Notes under the pieces: model-generated
Told to the model about the DNA's origin: nothing
What the model saw: only the letters and a program-made list of their open reading frames with translations
The model's database searches: none
Origin: an uncultured Spirochaetota bacterium
Lineage (GTDB): Bacteria > Spirochaetota > Spirochaetia > SZUA-6 > Fen-1364
Reading direction: 5' to 3'
Length of the DNA stretch: 64,000 bases
Assembly (NCBI GenBank): GCA_963745235.1
Contig: CAVUXE010000059.1
Coordinates: forward strand, 1-64,000
Part shown: positions 1-10,178 of the stretch, piece after piece
Layout: every line of letters starts with the position of its first letter
How positions within the stretch are numbered: position 1 is the first letter of the stretch
Translations under genes and position numbers: made by a program

Positions 1-28
1 TACCGGAAATGTAGCCCAGAAACGACCT

Positions 29-1171
29 TCAGCCCTTGTCCCCAATGTCCCGGTGGTACACCCGGTGCGTCTTGAAGACCCTGGCGCCAAGTGTCTCGAG
101 GTCCGCCAGCATGAGCTCGGTGGTCTCCGCGATCTGAACGGCGTCCACGTACAGGAAGCTCCGCCGGGAGGCGATTTTCTCCAGCATGGAGTACAGCAGG
201 GCGTTGCCTCCAAGCCTCTGGAAGCGGGGGAGGATCCCCGCCCCGTTGACCACGAGCCACTTCGTGCGGCGGTATTCCAGGAGGAGCCGGAGGATGGAAA
301 GGGGGGTCAGTCTGCCGCGGCTTCGCTGGATGGCCTCAGAGAGGTCGGGAAACCCGAAAAGGAAGCCGGCAATCTCTCCCCGGCAAAGCAGGAGCTTGAT
401 CAGCGATGGGTCGGCAACCTGGAGGAGCTCCTTTGTAACCTGCTCGATCTCCCGGGCGCTGAGGGGGTTGTACTCGTCCCCGTGGGACTGGAAGGACTCG
501 TTGTACACCTTGCCGATGTCGCCGGCGTAGCGGCGAAGGGTCGACTTGCTCTTGAAGTCCGGTACCTCGAAGCTTCCCCTCTTCATGGCGATCTCCGCGA
601 CCCGCCGTATCTTGTCCGGCAGCCGGAAGGCTTTCGCGTCCAGGAACATGGAGAGCTGGTCCTTGTGCTTGCGGAAGCCCTCCGCCTCCAGGAGCTTCTG
701 GTAGTAGGGATGGTTGTAGGCCATCATGGTCATTGCTGCGCGGTGCTCGAATCCGTCCACGAGGATGCCCATGCCCATGACACCGAAGCCGTACGGGCCA
801 ACGACCTCGCGAAGCCCCCTCTGGCGCATCCAGGCGAATGCCGCTTCGAACAGGGCGTGGGAAGCCGCGGGGTCTTCCGCGCATTCGAAGAAATGGAAAT
901 GGCCCCTCGCCGAGCCGTGGTGCTCGTTATAGGGAACATTGTCGAGCGCGCCGATGGTCCCGGCGGTGCGGCCGCCGCGCCTGCAGATGAAGAAAGCGGC
1001 CTCGGACCTGTCGAAGAACGGATGCCTGCGGTCCAGGATGGCCCGCATGTCCAGGCGGAACTGGGGCACCCACTGCCGGCAGCCCTTGTAGAGCCTGTGC
1101 GGGAGCTCGATGAACTCCCTTCCCTGCGCCGTGCGCGCCGACTCCACGACGTCGACGGAAACTGCATCCAT
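29..1171 (-). CDS. GNAT-fold acyltransferase, YghO / bacterial ceramide-synthase-like family
   Basis: Motifs FIELPHRLY..WVP, HPFF, GHFHFFEC, GILVDGF, YNHPYY, HRVY. Start MDAVSV at 1171 follows TTGACC-N18-TACAAA; the upstream part of the listed ORF overlaps the divergent gene. Confidence 0.7.
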   Translation of the reverse strand: MDAVSVDVVESARTAQGREFIELPHRLYKGCRQWVPQFRLDMRAILDRRHPFFDRSEAAFFICRRGGRTAGTIGALDNVPYNEHHGSARGHFHFFECAEDPAASHALFEAAFAWMRQRGLREVVGPYGFGVMGMGILVDGFEHRAAMTMMAYNHPYYQKLLEAEGFRKHKDQLSMFLDAKAFRLPDKIRRVAEIAMKRGSFEVPDFKSKSTLRRYAGDIGKVYNESFQSHGDEYNPLSAREIEQVTKELLQVADPSLIKLLLCRGEIAGFLFGFPDLSEAIQRSRGRLTPLSILRLLLEYRRTKWLVVNGAGILPRFQRLGGNALLYSMLEKIASRRSFLYVDAVQIAETTELMLADLETLGARVFKTHRVYHRDIGDKG

Positions 1172-1264
1172 GCAAGGTTTGTACTCGATATGTTCCACCT
1201 TGGTCAAATATCCGTGATTCGCTATACTTGCCGACGCTACACACTTCCGGACAAGGAGCCGCCT

Positions 1265-2419
1265 TTGAAGTCTGTTTTCGCGGAGACGCTGTACACTGGC
1301 AAGGAGGTCGTGAAGCACACGCACGTCCTGTTCGAGGGAAGCACCATCAAGGGAGTGTCCACGGAGCGCAGCGGGGAGTTCATCGGCAAGTTCCCTGTCA
1401 TCACGCCCGCCTTCATAGACGCTCACAGCCATATCGGCATGGAGCGCTCCGGGGAACCGGGAACCGAAGGGGAAGCGAACGAGCGCATGGACACCATGCT
1501 GTTCCTCGCGGATGCCCTCGACTCCGTGCAGATGGACGACACGGCGTTCCGCGACTCCGTGGAGATGGGGGTCCTCTACTCGTGCGTCCTGCCGGGAAGC
1601 GGCAATATCGTGGGCGGCCGCTCCGCCATCATTCGAAACTTTGCCCGCACGACCACCGAGGCCCTGGTTGGCAGATCCGGCATCAAGGCGGCCTTCGGCT
1701 ACAATCCAATGGCAACACGTGACTGGAAGGGGACCCGGCCCTACACGCGCATGGGCTCACTCTCGCTCCTGCGGTCCCGCCTTGCCCAGGTGAAAAAGAA
1801 GCTGGCCGGCGGCAAGGGCAGGAAATCCGCCGGCGGGAAGGCAGGCTCGGACCTCGCCGCGGAGGACGAGGTGATCCGTGAGATCCTGGAGGGCAGGCTC
1901 GGGCTGCGCATCCATGTCCACAAGATCGATGACATCGCGTGCCTCCTGCGGCTGCAGGAGGAGTTCGGCATCGACGTGACGGTGGACCACGCCTGCGACG
2001 TGAATGACGGTCATATCTACACCGTCCTGCGCGACCGCGGGATCCCCGTGGTCTTCGGGCCCCTCGATGCCTTTGCCTACAAGGTGGAGCTCAAGCACGA
2101 GAACTGGCGCAACGTCAGGTTCCTTCTCGAGTCAGGCGTGGACTTCGGCCTCATGACCGACCACCCGGTGATTCCCCAGCGCAACCTGGCCCTGGAGCTG
2201 CGATGGTTCATGCGCTGCGGCCTCAATCGCCAGGATTCCCTGGAGATCATCACGCGGCGAAACGCCCAGATCCTCGGGATCGACGGCCAGCTGGGGACGC
2301 TGGAAAAGGGGAAATGGGCGTCATTCACGTGCTGGAACGGGGACCCCTTCGACATCACCCGCTACCCGGTCAAGGTGGTCGCTGAGGGAAAAGTGGTGTT
2401 CGAGGAGCCGGCCCAGTGA
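1265..2419 (+). CDS. Amidohydrolase family protein
   Basis: TTG start after AAGGAG; PAFIDAHSHIG, IHVH, MTDHP, GTLEKGKWA, WNGDPF motifs. Confidence 0.85.
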   Translation: MKSVFAETLYTGKEVVKHTHVLFEGSTIKGVSTERSGEFIGKFPVITPAFIDAHSHIGMERSGEPGTEGEANERMDTMLFLADALDSVQMDDTAFRDSVEMGVLYSCVLPGSGNIVGGRSAIIRNFARTTTEALVGRSGIKAAFGYNPMATRDWKGTRPYTRMGSLSLLRSRLAQVKKKLAGGKGRKSAGGKAGSDLAAEDEVIREILEGRLGLRIHVHKIDDIACLLRLQEEFGIDVTVDHACDVNDGHIYTVLRDRGIPVVFGPLDAFAYKVELKHENWRNVRFLLESGVDFGLMTDHPVIPQRNLALELRWFMRCGLNRQDSLEIITRRNAQILGIDGQLGTLEKGKWASFTCWNGDPFDITRYPVKVVAEGKVVFEEPAQ

Positions 2420-3381
2420 GCCGGTTCACGGTGGTCATAGCGGATGATCGCTACGCGAGCTACCGTGAAGAGGAAGAGGTCCTTCGGGACGTTGATGCGG
2501 AGATACATGTTTTCCGCTCGGGCACGACCGCCGAGGCGAAGCGGGCTTTCTCTGGTGCGAACGGAATCCTGGTGAACCTGTTCCCCATGACAGCAGAGCT
2601 GATCGAGTCCCTCCAGGGGTGCCGCGTGATCTCACGCTACGGCGTCGGGTACGACAACGTGGACGTGGAGGCGGCAACGCGCAGGGGTATCTGGGTGACC
2701 TTCGTGCCGGACTACTGCTTCGAGGAGGTCGCGGACCACGCGCTCGCGCTTCTGCTGTGCTGCATCCGCAAGGTCGGATACAAGGACCGTATGATCCGCG
2801 AAGGGAAGTGGAACCTCCATCGGGACCAGCCCTGCCACCGCGTGGAGGGAAAGACTCTCGGAATCCTTGGCTATGGAAACGCGGCGCACACCCTGTTGAG
2901 GAAGGTCTCGGGTCTCGGGTTCGGCCGCGTGCTCATGTGTGATCCCTACGTGCGGGCCTCCACCATCAAGGCCGCCGGCGCCGAGCCGGTGGAGCTCCCG
3001 GTCCTGCTGGGACAGTCGGACTACATCTCCGTTCACGTCCCCCTCACCCCGGAGACCCGGCACATGATCGGGCGGGCGGAGCTTGCGCTCGTGAAGCCGG
3101 GAGCCATCCTCATCAACACCGCCCGCGGGCCGGTCCTGGATGAAAACGCGCTGGCCGACGCTCTTGCAAGCGGCAGGCTTGGCGGAGCGGGGCTTGACGT
3201 ATTCGAGACCGAGCCGCTGCCAGCCGCGAGCCCGCTTCGGAAGCTGGATACGGTGATCTTCACGGACCACGCCGGCTGGTACAGCGAGGAGTCGGTGGTG
3301 GAGCTGAAGACCAAGGCGGCCCGCAACGTGGCAGCGGTGCTTGCCGGGGGCCGGCCGCCTTATCCGGTCAACCGGCTGTGA
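2416..3381 (+). CDS. D-isomer-specific 2-hydroxyacid dehydrogenase (CtBP/SerA-like)
   Basis: YGVGYDNVD, GILGYGN, HVPLTPET, LINTARG, GLDVFETEP, HAGWYS; overlaps the previous stop codon. Confidence 0.9.
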   Translation: MSRFTVVIADDRYASYREEEEVLRDVDAEIHVFRSGTTAEAKRAFSGANGILVNLFPMTAELIESLQGCRVISRYGVGYDNVDVEAATRRGIWVTFVPDYCFEEVADHALALLLCCIRKVGYKDRMIREGKWNLHRDQPCHRVEGKTLGILGYGNAAHTLLRKVSGLGFGRVLMCDPYVRASTIKAAGAEPVELPVLLGQSDYISVHVPLTPETRHMIGRAELALVKPGAILINTARGPVLDENALADALASGRLGGAGLDVFETEPLPAASPLRKLDTVIFTDHAGWYSEESVVELKTKAARNVAAVLAGGRPPYPVNRL

Positions 3382-4149
3382 TCTCTGGCTGCGCCTCGGG
3401 CGGCCGCGCTCGTCAGCTCGTTCATTTTTCCGAGCACCGCCGCGTAGGGGTCTCCCCCCCGGGCAATCTCCCTGACCAGCGCGCTGCCGACAACCACCGC
3501 GTGCACGTGCGGCGCCACTTCTCTGACCTGGGCAGCCGTAGAGATGCCGAATCCCCCGAGGATTTTCGCCGGCTGATCCGGGGAAAGGGCCCGAACTCGC
3601 TCCAGGAATGAAAGCCCGTCCCGGTCCATCCGGGTGAGCGCGCCCGTTGTGCCGGTCCGCAGGGTGGCGTAGATGTACCTGGGGCGGAGAGCCCCCACGC
3701 GCCGGAGCCTTTCCTCCCTCATGGATGGAGAGACGACGGGGACCGCGGACAGGCCCCGGCGAGTCGGCCGCCTCGAAAAGCCCTTCGTCGTAGTCGGGAG
3801 GGAGGTCGGGAACGATCACTCCCGCAACGCCGCTTGCGGCGCACCGCGTGAGAAACTTTTCGATGCCGTGTGTGAAAAGCATGTTCGCGTAGCTCATGAG
3901 GAAGATGGGGACCCCCTCATGATGAATCTCCGCGACGAGACGGAACCCGTCGGTGATGGTAAACCCGGCGGCCAGCGCGGCAGTGCATGCTGCCTGGATG
4001 TCGGGGCCGTCGGCAGTCGGATCGGAAAAGGGGAACTGGACTTCCAGGTACGAGCATCCGCCGTCCAGGAGCCCGCGGGCAACCGAGAGGCTGGCCGCCC
4101 TGTCCGTGTAGTGGGCAACCATGTGCGCCATGATCCGCTCCCCGCTCAT
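3360..4149 (-). CDS. trpA: Tryptophan synthase alpha chain (frameshift near 3750, probable assembly indel)
   Basis: LEVQFPFSDPTADGP and IVPDLP in one frame; YATLRTGTTG, GGFGI and VVVGSALV in the next; follows trpB. Confidence 0.9.
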
Positions 4150-5426
4150 CGGGACCCTCCCGTCAGGGGGCCGGGTGCCGCGGCGAGCTTGCCGCGCGGC
4201 GCGCCATTTCCCGCTCCGCACTCCGAGGCAAGGAATGCCTGCCAGTTTTCCCGGTCCATGGCGGCCGCCAGGATGAAAAGGTCCTTGTCTCCCCGGCCCG
4301 ACATGTTCACGATGACGGCCTTCTCACCCGGATAAGACCGCGCGAGCTTCATCACGGCGGCCGCTGCATGAGCAGACTCCAGCGCAAAGATCATGCCCTC
4401 CGTCCGAGCGAAGAGCTCCACCGCCTCCAGCGCCTCTGTGTCGCTTGCGGTGGTAAAGGTGATCCGTCCCGTCTCCCCAAGATGAGCGAGCTGCGGCCCG
4501 ACTCCGGGGTAGTCCAGCCCCGCGGAGATGGAATGCGTGGGCAGAAGCTGGCCGTCTTCGTCGGAAAGGAAGAGCGATTTGTAGCCTTGCACGATTCCGG
4601 GCCTGCCCTTTCCATTCATCCGGGACGCGTGCTCCCCGGCTCCCCCGCCCCGGCCCCCCGCCTCCACCCCGATAAGGTCGGGACCCGCCTGCTCGAGGAA
4701 GGGTGAGAAGAACCCGATTGCATTCGAGCCGCCGCCGACGCAGGCAACCAAGGCCGCGCAATCGATGTCCTTCTCTCTCATCTGGGACGCAAGCTCCCTG
4801 CCGATCACCGACTGAAACTCGCGCACCATGTCAGGGTAGGGGGAAGGGCCGAGCGCCGACCCGATGAGGTAATGCGTGGTGGGAAAGCTGGAAGCCCAGT
4901 CCCGCAGCGCTTCGTTCACTGCGTCCTTCAGCGTCGCGGAGCCTCCACGGACGGGCATCACCTCCGCGCCATAGCGCTCCATCCAAAAGACATTCGGCCG
5001 CTGGCGTCGTATGTCCACCTCCCCCATGTACACACGGCAGGGGATGCCGAGCCGGGCGCAGATGGCCGCGGCGGCAACCCCGTGCTGGCCGGCTCCCGTT
5101 TCCGCAATGATCCTCGTCTTGCCCATCCGCCTGGCAAGGAGGGCCTGTCCGATTGCGTTGTTGATCTTATGCGCCCCCGTGTGCGCGAGGCCCTCGCACT
5201 TGATGTAGATGCGCGCGCCGCCAAGCGCCCGGGTCGCGTTCCGCGCGAACAGGAGCGGGGTCGGTCTGCCGGCGAAGTCCGCGAGCGCCTCGTTCAGCTC
5301 CGCAAGGAACTCCCTGGATTCCATGGCGGCCAGGAAAGCCTCCTGCAGCTCATCCAGCGGCGTGCGAAGCATCTCCGCGACGTAGCGTCCCCCAAACCCG
5401 CCGAAATAATCGTTATACTTCTGCAT
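4146..5426 (-). CDS. trpB: Tryptophan synthase beta chain (TrpB1)
   Basis: FGGRYV, HTGAHKINN (PLP lysine), AETGAGQHG, CVGGGSNA, HSISAGLDYPGVGP, SGRGDKD. Confidence 0.97.
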   Translation of the reverse strand: MQKYNDYFGGFGGRYVAEMLRTPLDELQEAFLAAMESREFLAELNEALADFAGRPTPLLFARNATRALGGARIYIKCEGLAHTGAHKINNAIGQALLARRMGKTRIIAETGAGQHGVAAAAICARLGIPCRVYMGEVDIRRQRPNVFWMERYGAEVMPVRGGSATLKDAVNEALRDWASSFPTTHYLIGSALGPSPYPDMVREFQSVIGRELASQMREKDIDCAALVACVGGGSNAIGFFSPFLEQAGPDLIGVEAGGRGGGAGEHASRMNGKGRPGIVQGYKSLFLSDEDGQLLPTHSISAGLDYPGVGPQLAHLGETGRITFTTASDTEALEAVELFARTEGMIFALESAHAAAAVMKLARSYPGEKAVIVNMSGRGDKDLFILAAAMDRENWQAFLASECGAGNGAPRGKLAAAPGPLTGGSR

Positions 5427-6843
5427 TGCGATGTATCTCCTCGAAGAACACCGTGAGCTTTTCCTTGTCCTTGCCGCCGGAAGCTGACTCCAGCCTGCTG
5501 GATGCATCGATGAGCTCCGGGCGGAGCCTCTGCATGACCTCTGCGACATTCTCCGGGCCAATGCCGCCGGCAATCCACAGGGGACCTTGACCACTGACTG
5601 CCCTGGCAAGCTCTTCCGGGATCCGTTTCCCCGTGCCGCCCGAGGCGTCGGCTGACCAGGCGTCTGCAAGCACGCGCGGGCAGCGGTAGAGGCTCATCCT
5701 CTGGACGTCCTTCATCTCCTTGACCCGCACGGCTTTGTAGTACGGAAATGCCAGCTCGGCGCACTCTTCGGGTCCTTCCTCCCCGTGGAATTGGACGGCA
5801 TCCACCAATCCCTCTTCCAGCGCGGAGCGCACGTCGGCGCCGAGCCGGGACGCCCCGTTTTCTCTCTCCGTCACAACGACGGCCACCTTCAGGCTGTCTA
5901 TGCCCGAGAGCTCGCGCAGGAGGGAAAGCGGGGCTCGTCTCCTGGACGGCGCCATCACGAATCCGAGCGCATCGGCTCCGAGGCTGACGGCTGCCTCCGC
6001 GTCCTGGGGACGGGTGATGCCGCAGACCTTGACCAGGGGGCGCCCGCGCAGTGCGCGCGCATACAGCCGTTGCCAGAAGTCTCCGGGTATCCGGTCGAAA
6101 CTTCCCAGCAGCGCGGGCACTCCCTCGGGAGACCGCATGGCGGTCTCCCCGACCAGAACGCCGTCGAACCCCCCCGACAGCGCGAAGCTCACGTCCTCCG
6201 GGCCGCGGATGCCGGATTCGAACACCAGCCGGGTCTTCCAGTTGATGCGAGGCCGCAGCGCAAGGGGGTGAGTGAGGTCGACGGTGAAGGTTGCAAGGTC
6301 CCGACAGTTGATCCCGACCAGCGAGGGCGCCAGGGATCGGCAACGCTCCACGTCGGCTGCGTCATGCACTTCCACCAGCGCCGCGAGCCCCCGCTTCTGC
6401 GCCGCTTGATGGAGGGAGACAAGGGTGCCCTCATCGAGAAGGGAGGCGATCAGGAGGACGGCGTCCGCTCCGGCCCGCCAGGACGTTTCGACGTCCTCCT
6501 CGTCCAGGAGGAAATCCTTGCGCAGCACGGCGACGCCGGGCAGCGCCCGCTTGATGCGCGCAAGGTCATCCAGTGATCCGCCGAAGCTGTCCTCCTCGGT
6601 CAGGACGGAGACGCTGCGCACGCCCGCGCGCGCGTAGGCCCGCGCCTGCTCCACCACGTCCACGTCCGGCGCAATGTCTCCCCGCGACGGCGAGCGGCGC
6701 TTGACCTCGCAGACCAGGAACGGGTCCCTGCCGAAGCTCTCCAGGGGGACATCCCGGGCGTCCCGCGCGCGCGCGCCGAGCCAGTGCCCTTCCCGCGCCA
6801 CCCGTTCCTTCCTGCGGGTGACGATCTTCTCAACGATTGTCAT
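5413..6843 (-). CDS. trpCF: Bifunctional indole-3-glycerol-phosphate synthase / phosphoribosylanthranilate isomerase
   Basis: TrpC motifs EVKRRSPSRG, LRKDF, GADAVLLI, ESGI, followed by TrpF motifs VKVCGIT, VQFHG, GGTG, IDASS. Confidence 0.93.
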   Translation of the reverse strand: MTIVEKIVTRRKERVAREGHWLGARARDARDVPLESFGRDPFLVCEVKRRSPSRGDIAPDVDVVEQARAYARAGVRSVSVLTEEDSFGGSLDDLARIKRALPGVAVLRKDFLLDEEDVETSWRAGADAVLLIASLLDEGTLVSLHQAAQKRGLAALVEVHDAADVERCRSLAPSLVGINCRDLATFTVDLTHPLALRPRINWKTRLVFESGIRGPEDVSFALSGGFDGVLVGETAMRSPEGVPALLGSFDRIPGDFWQRLYARALRGRPLVKVCGITRPQDAEAAVSLGADALGFVMAPSRRRAPLSLLRELSGIDSLKVAVVVTERENGASRLGADVRSALEEGLVDAVQFHGEEGPEECAELAFPYYKAVRVKEMKDVQRMSLYRCPRVLADAWSADASGGTGKRIPEELARAVSGQGPLWIAGGIGPENVAEVMQRLRPELIDASSRLESASGGKDKEKLTVFFEEIHRNAEV

Positions 6844-8463
6844 GCGGCGCTGACCTTGGCCGTCTTGGCCCCCGCCATGGATTCGCCCCTGATCCGCGCA
6901 AGAGTGCTTCGCGCTTCTCCGGATTCCAGGGCCTGGCGCGCCCTGAGGTACCCGTCCCCTATGTTCCGTGCGATTCCGCAGATGTAGAGGGCCGCGCCCG
7001 CGTTCAGCAGCACTGCCTCGCGGACGGCCTCGGGTCCGCCGCCGTCAAGGATGGCGAGAGCCATGGCGGCATTCTGGATTGCCGTTCCTCCCTTCAGAGC
7101 ATCCACCGTGGACCGCGTGATGCCGAACTCCTCCGGCGTGAGCATGTAATCCCGGCGGGCCCCGGTTTCGTCCACTTCCACGACGAGGGTGCGCGCCGCA
7201 GACGGAGATCTCATCCAGGCCGTCCTCCCCGTGCACCGCCATGACTCTGCGCACCCCGAGGAGATGGGCTGCTTCCGCCACGGGCCCGCAGAACGCGGGA
7301 TCGAACACGCCGATGAGCTGGTAGGAGGCATCCGCCGGGTTGGAGAGCGGGCCGATCAGGTTCATGACGCTCTTGACCCCCAGCTCGCTTCGCGCTCTTG
7401 CCGCGTGGCGCATTGCGCCGTGATAGGTGGGCGCGAAAAGGAAGCAGAAGCCGGTGGTGCGCAGCAGCTGTTCGCCGGTTGCCGGCGGAACATCCACGGG
7501 GACGCCCAGCTCGCGGTAGAAATCCGCGCTTCCGCACAGGGAGCTTGCCGCCCTGTTGCCGTGCTTCGCAACAAGGGCGCCGCAGGATGCCGCGACAATT
7601 GCCGCAAGGGAGGAGATGTTGAACGTGCCCAACCCGTCGCCTCCGGTCCCGCAGGTGTCCAGCGCCTTGCGGTCGCTCGCGAAGGGCTTCTTCTTGCGCC
7701 TGAGCACGGACGCAAATCCGGCCAGCGTATCCGGCGTGATGAGCTTCCCCGTCAGTGACGCAAGGACCCCCGCGATCTGGACGTCGGTGAGCTGGCCGTC
7801 GGTCAGCTCGTCCATGAAAGATTCAGCCTGGGCCCGGTCCATGGCCTTTCCCAGCTGCAGCGCGCCGAGGACCGCGGAGAGTGGAAACGGCTCCCGTCGA
7901 TACCGGAGGAAGTTGCGCAGGCAGCGCTTGCCGGTTTCCGAGGCAATCGATTCGGGATGGAACTGCACTCCTTCAATGATGTGCGTCGTATGGCGGACAC
8001 CCATGATCTCCCCGTCGGGAGAGACTGCGGTGATCTCCAGCTCCTCAGGGAGAGAGTCGCCGTCTATGACGAGGGAATGATACCGGGTGAACCGGGCGGT
8101 GCGCGGCAGGCCGCGGAAAAGCCCACGCCCGTCCAGTGACATCTCCTCCGTCTTGCCATGGACGATCCGGCGGGCAGTGACGATCCTCGCGCCGAATGCC
8201 TGTCCGATGGCCTGGTGGCCCAGGCATACGCCAAGGATCGGGACCGTGCCCGCCATGCGCTGGATGCACTCCACGCTGATCCCCGCTTCCTCGGGCCTGC
8301 CGGGACCCGGGGAGATCACGACGCCGGCCGGGGACAGGGAGATGATCTCGTCCACGGTGATCCTGTCGTTGCGAAACACTTCCACCGTGTCTTCCGTGAG
8401 CTCACTGAGGTACTGGTAGAGGTTGTGAGTGAAAGAATCGTAGTTGTCGATGATGACGTACAC
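6840..8463 (-). CDS. trpGD: Bifunctional anthranilate synthase component II / anthranilate phosphoribosyltransferase (frameshift near 7195)
   Basis: IDNYDSFT, SPGPGRP, GVCLGHQ, QFHPES; then DTCGTGGDG, AKHGNR, GLDEIS; C-terminus LNAGAALY in a shifted frame. Confidence 0.93.
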
Positions 8464-8465
8464 GG

Positions 8466-9884
8466 CTATTCCTCCTTGTATCCGATTGCCTTCGCGAGTG
8501 CGCCGAGCTTCGCCTCGGTCTCCTGGTATTCTTTCTCCGGCACCGAGTCATAGACGATCCCCGCTCCCGCCTGGAGAATCATCCGGTCTCCCTGCTTCAG
8601 CGCGCTCCTGATCGTGATGCACGAGTCCAGGGACCCGTCGGACTCGATGTGCGCCACGACCCCCGCGTAAAAGCCCCTTTTCTCCGGCTCGAGGGAATCG
8701 ATGACCTCGACTGCCCGGATCTTCGGAGCCCCCGAAACGGTGCCCGCGGGGAAGGTCGCGCGAAGCGCGTCCAGGCCGCTCTTGTCCTCCCGAAGCCTTC
8801 CTTCCACCTGGGAAACGATGTGCATCACGTGCGAGTAGCGCTCCACCTCCATGAACTCAGGCACCTCCACGCTGCCCGGCAGCGCAGACCCGGCCCAGGT
8901 CGTTTCTGGCAAGATCGACGAGCATGAGGTGCTCCGCCCGCTCTTTCTCGTCCGCCAGGAGCTCCTTTTCCAGCGCCGTGTCCTCCTCCGGGGTCGCTCC
9001 GCGGCGTCGGGTGCCGGCGAGCGGACGGATCATCGCCCGCCCATCCTTCGCCTTGACGTGGACCTCGGGGGAGGCGCCGAAGAGCTGGAAGTCCTCGAAG
9101 TCCAGGTAGAACATGTAGGGGGACGGGTTGAAGCTTCGCAGGGCACGATACGCTTCGATGGCAGGCATGCCGGGTGCGAAGCTCCACCCGTCGCGACAGG
9201 ACCCCCTGCAGGAGGTTCCCCTTGATGATCTCCTGGCGCACCGCCTCCACTCCGGCGAGGTACGCATCATGGTCGTCCGGTCGGGGACAGCCTCCACCGG
9301 CCAGCTTCTCTGCGCCGGATGCCATGAAATTGAAGTCCAGGTCATTGATGCGCGCTTCCGTCTCATCCAGCGCGCGGGAAAGGTCGATGCTCTTTCTCCC
9401 GGTAGTTCACGCCGACAAGCGAGATCGTGTCCGTGTAGTGGTCGAAGACGAGGAACACGTTCCCGAATATGAACATCGCATCCGGGATGCCGACCGGATC
9501 CGGCTTCTCCCGCAGGTGGATGGTGTCGAACCGGGCACAGTATTCATAGGACAGAAACCCGATGCCCCCGGTGGGCAGGGGGAACGGCGCGGTCAACCCC
9601 TCGTGCTGCCCGCTGAAGTGGGAAAGCACATCCAGGATGTCCTGCGCCTTCGTCTTGAGCGCGAGGGTGGCTCCGTCCCTGCTCATGAAGAACTCATCGC
9701 CTTTCTGAAAGACCCGAAAGGCCTCCCTTGCGAGAAGAAACGAGTACCTTTCCTTTCCCCTGTGGAAGGAGGCTGACTCCAGGAGCGCCCGGGCTTCGAG
9801 CTTCCTGGCAAGGGAGAGCGGCGTGAAGCGTTCTCCGTTGATGACCCGTATCAGGACTTTTTCTTTCTGCGTGGCAACCGCCAT
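8466..9884 (-). CDS. trpE: Anthranilate synthase component I (about three frameshifts near 9385, 9170 and 8890)
   Basis: [66 protein letters not shown] spread over four frames; AAGGAGG RBS. Confidence 0.92.
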
Positions 9885-9913
9885 TCCCGTCCTCCTTGCA
9901 ACTCTCTCCGGCG

Positions 9914-9955
9914 AAAAAAAAGCCGCAGCGCCCTTACAACAGGCACTGCGGCTTT
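9914..9955 (-). terminator. Second (distal) intrinsic terminator of the trp operon leader
   Basis: Minus strand GCCGCAGTGCCT / GGGCGCTGCGGC stem followed by 8 T. Confidence 0.85.
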
Positions 9956-9957
9956 CC

Positions 9958-10001
9958 AAAAAAAAAGCGCAGGACCTGGCCTCTTCAGCCAGAACCCGCG
10001 C
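9958..10001 (-). terminator. First (attenuator) terminator of the trp operon leader
   Basis: Minus strand GCGCGGGTTCTGGCT / GGCCAGGTCCTGCGC stem followed by 9 T. Its 5' arm GGTTCTGGCT is exactly complementary to AGCCAGAACC just after the leader stop codon. Confidence 0.85.
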
Positions 10002-10032
10002 TCTTGCGTGCGCTACGCGTGCATGGTTCTGG

Positions 10033-10083
10033 CTATCTCCAGGACCACCACCAGTTCATCAGACAGGCGCGCGTCGAAATCAT
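10033..10083 (-). CDS. trpL: Trp operon leader peptide MISTRACLMNWWWSWR
   Basis: 16-codon ORF with four Trp codons, located between a promoter and alternative antiterminator/terminator hairpins upstream of trpE. Confidence 0.9.
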   Translation of the reverse strand: MISTRACLMNWWWSWR

Positions 10084-10089
10084 GGCTGG

Positions 10090-10119
10090 AACATACTGGA
10101 AAGCCGCCAGGAACGTCAA
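10090..10119 (-). promoter_or_regulatory. Sigma70-type promoter of the trp operon
   Basis: TTGACG-N18-TATGTT, 6 nt before the trpL ATG. Confidence 0.7.
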
Positions 10120-10178
10120 GAGGGAAATTGACGAAACGGCCGGGATTGGAGATCTTGAGAGGTAACAAGGAGAATACC

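Noticed and set aside
5413-8463. trpGD and trpCF fusions as novel
   Set aside because: Both fusions are well known in other bacteria.
9885-10120. T-box riboswitch or TRAP-binding site upstream of trpE
   Set aside because: No T-box consensus or (G/U)AG repeat array was seen; the leader-peptide attenuator explains the region.
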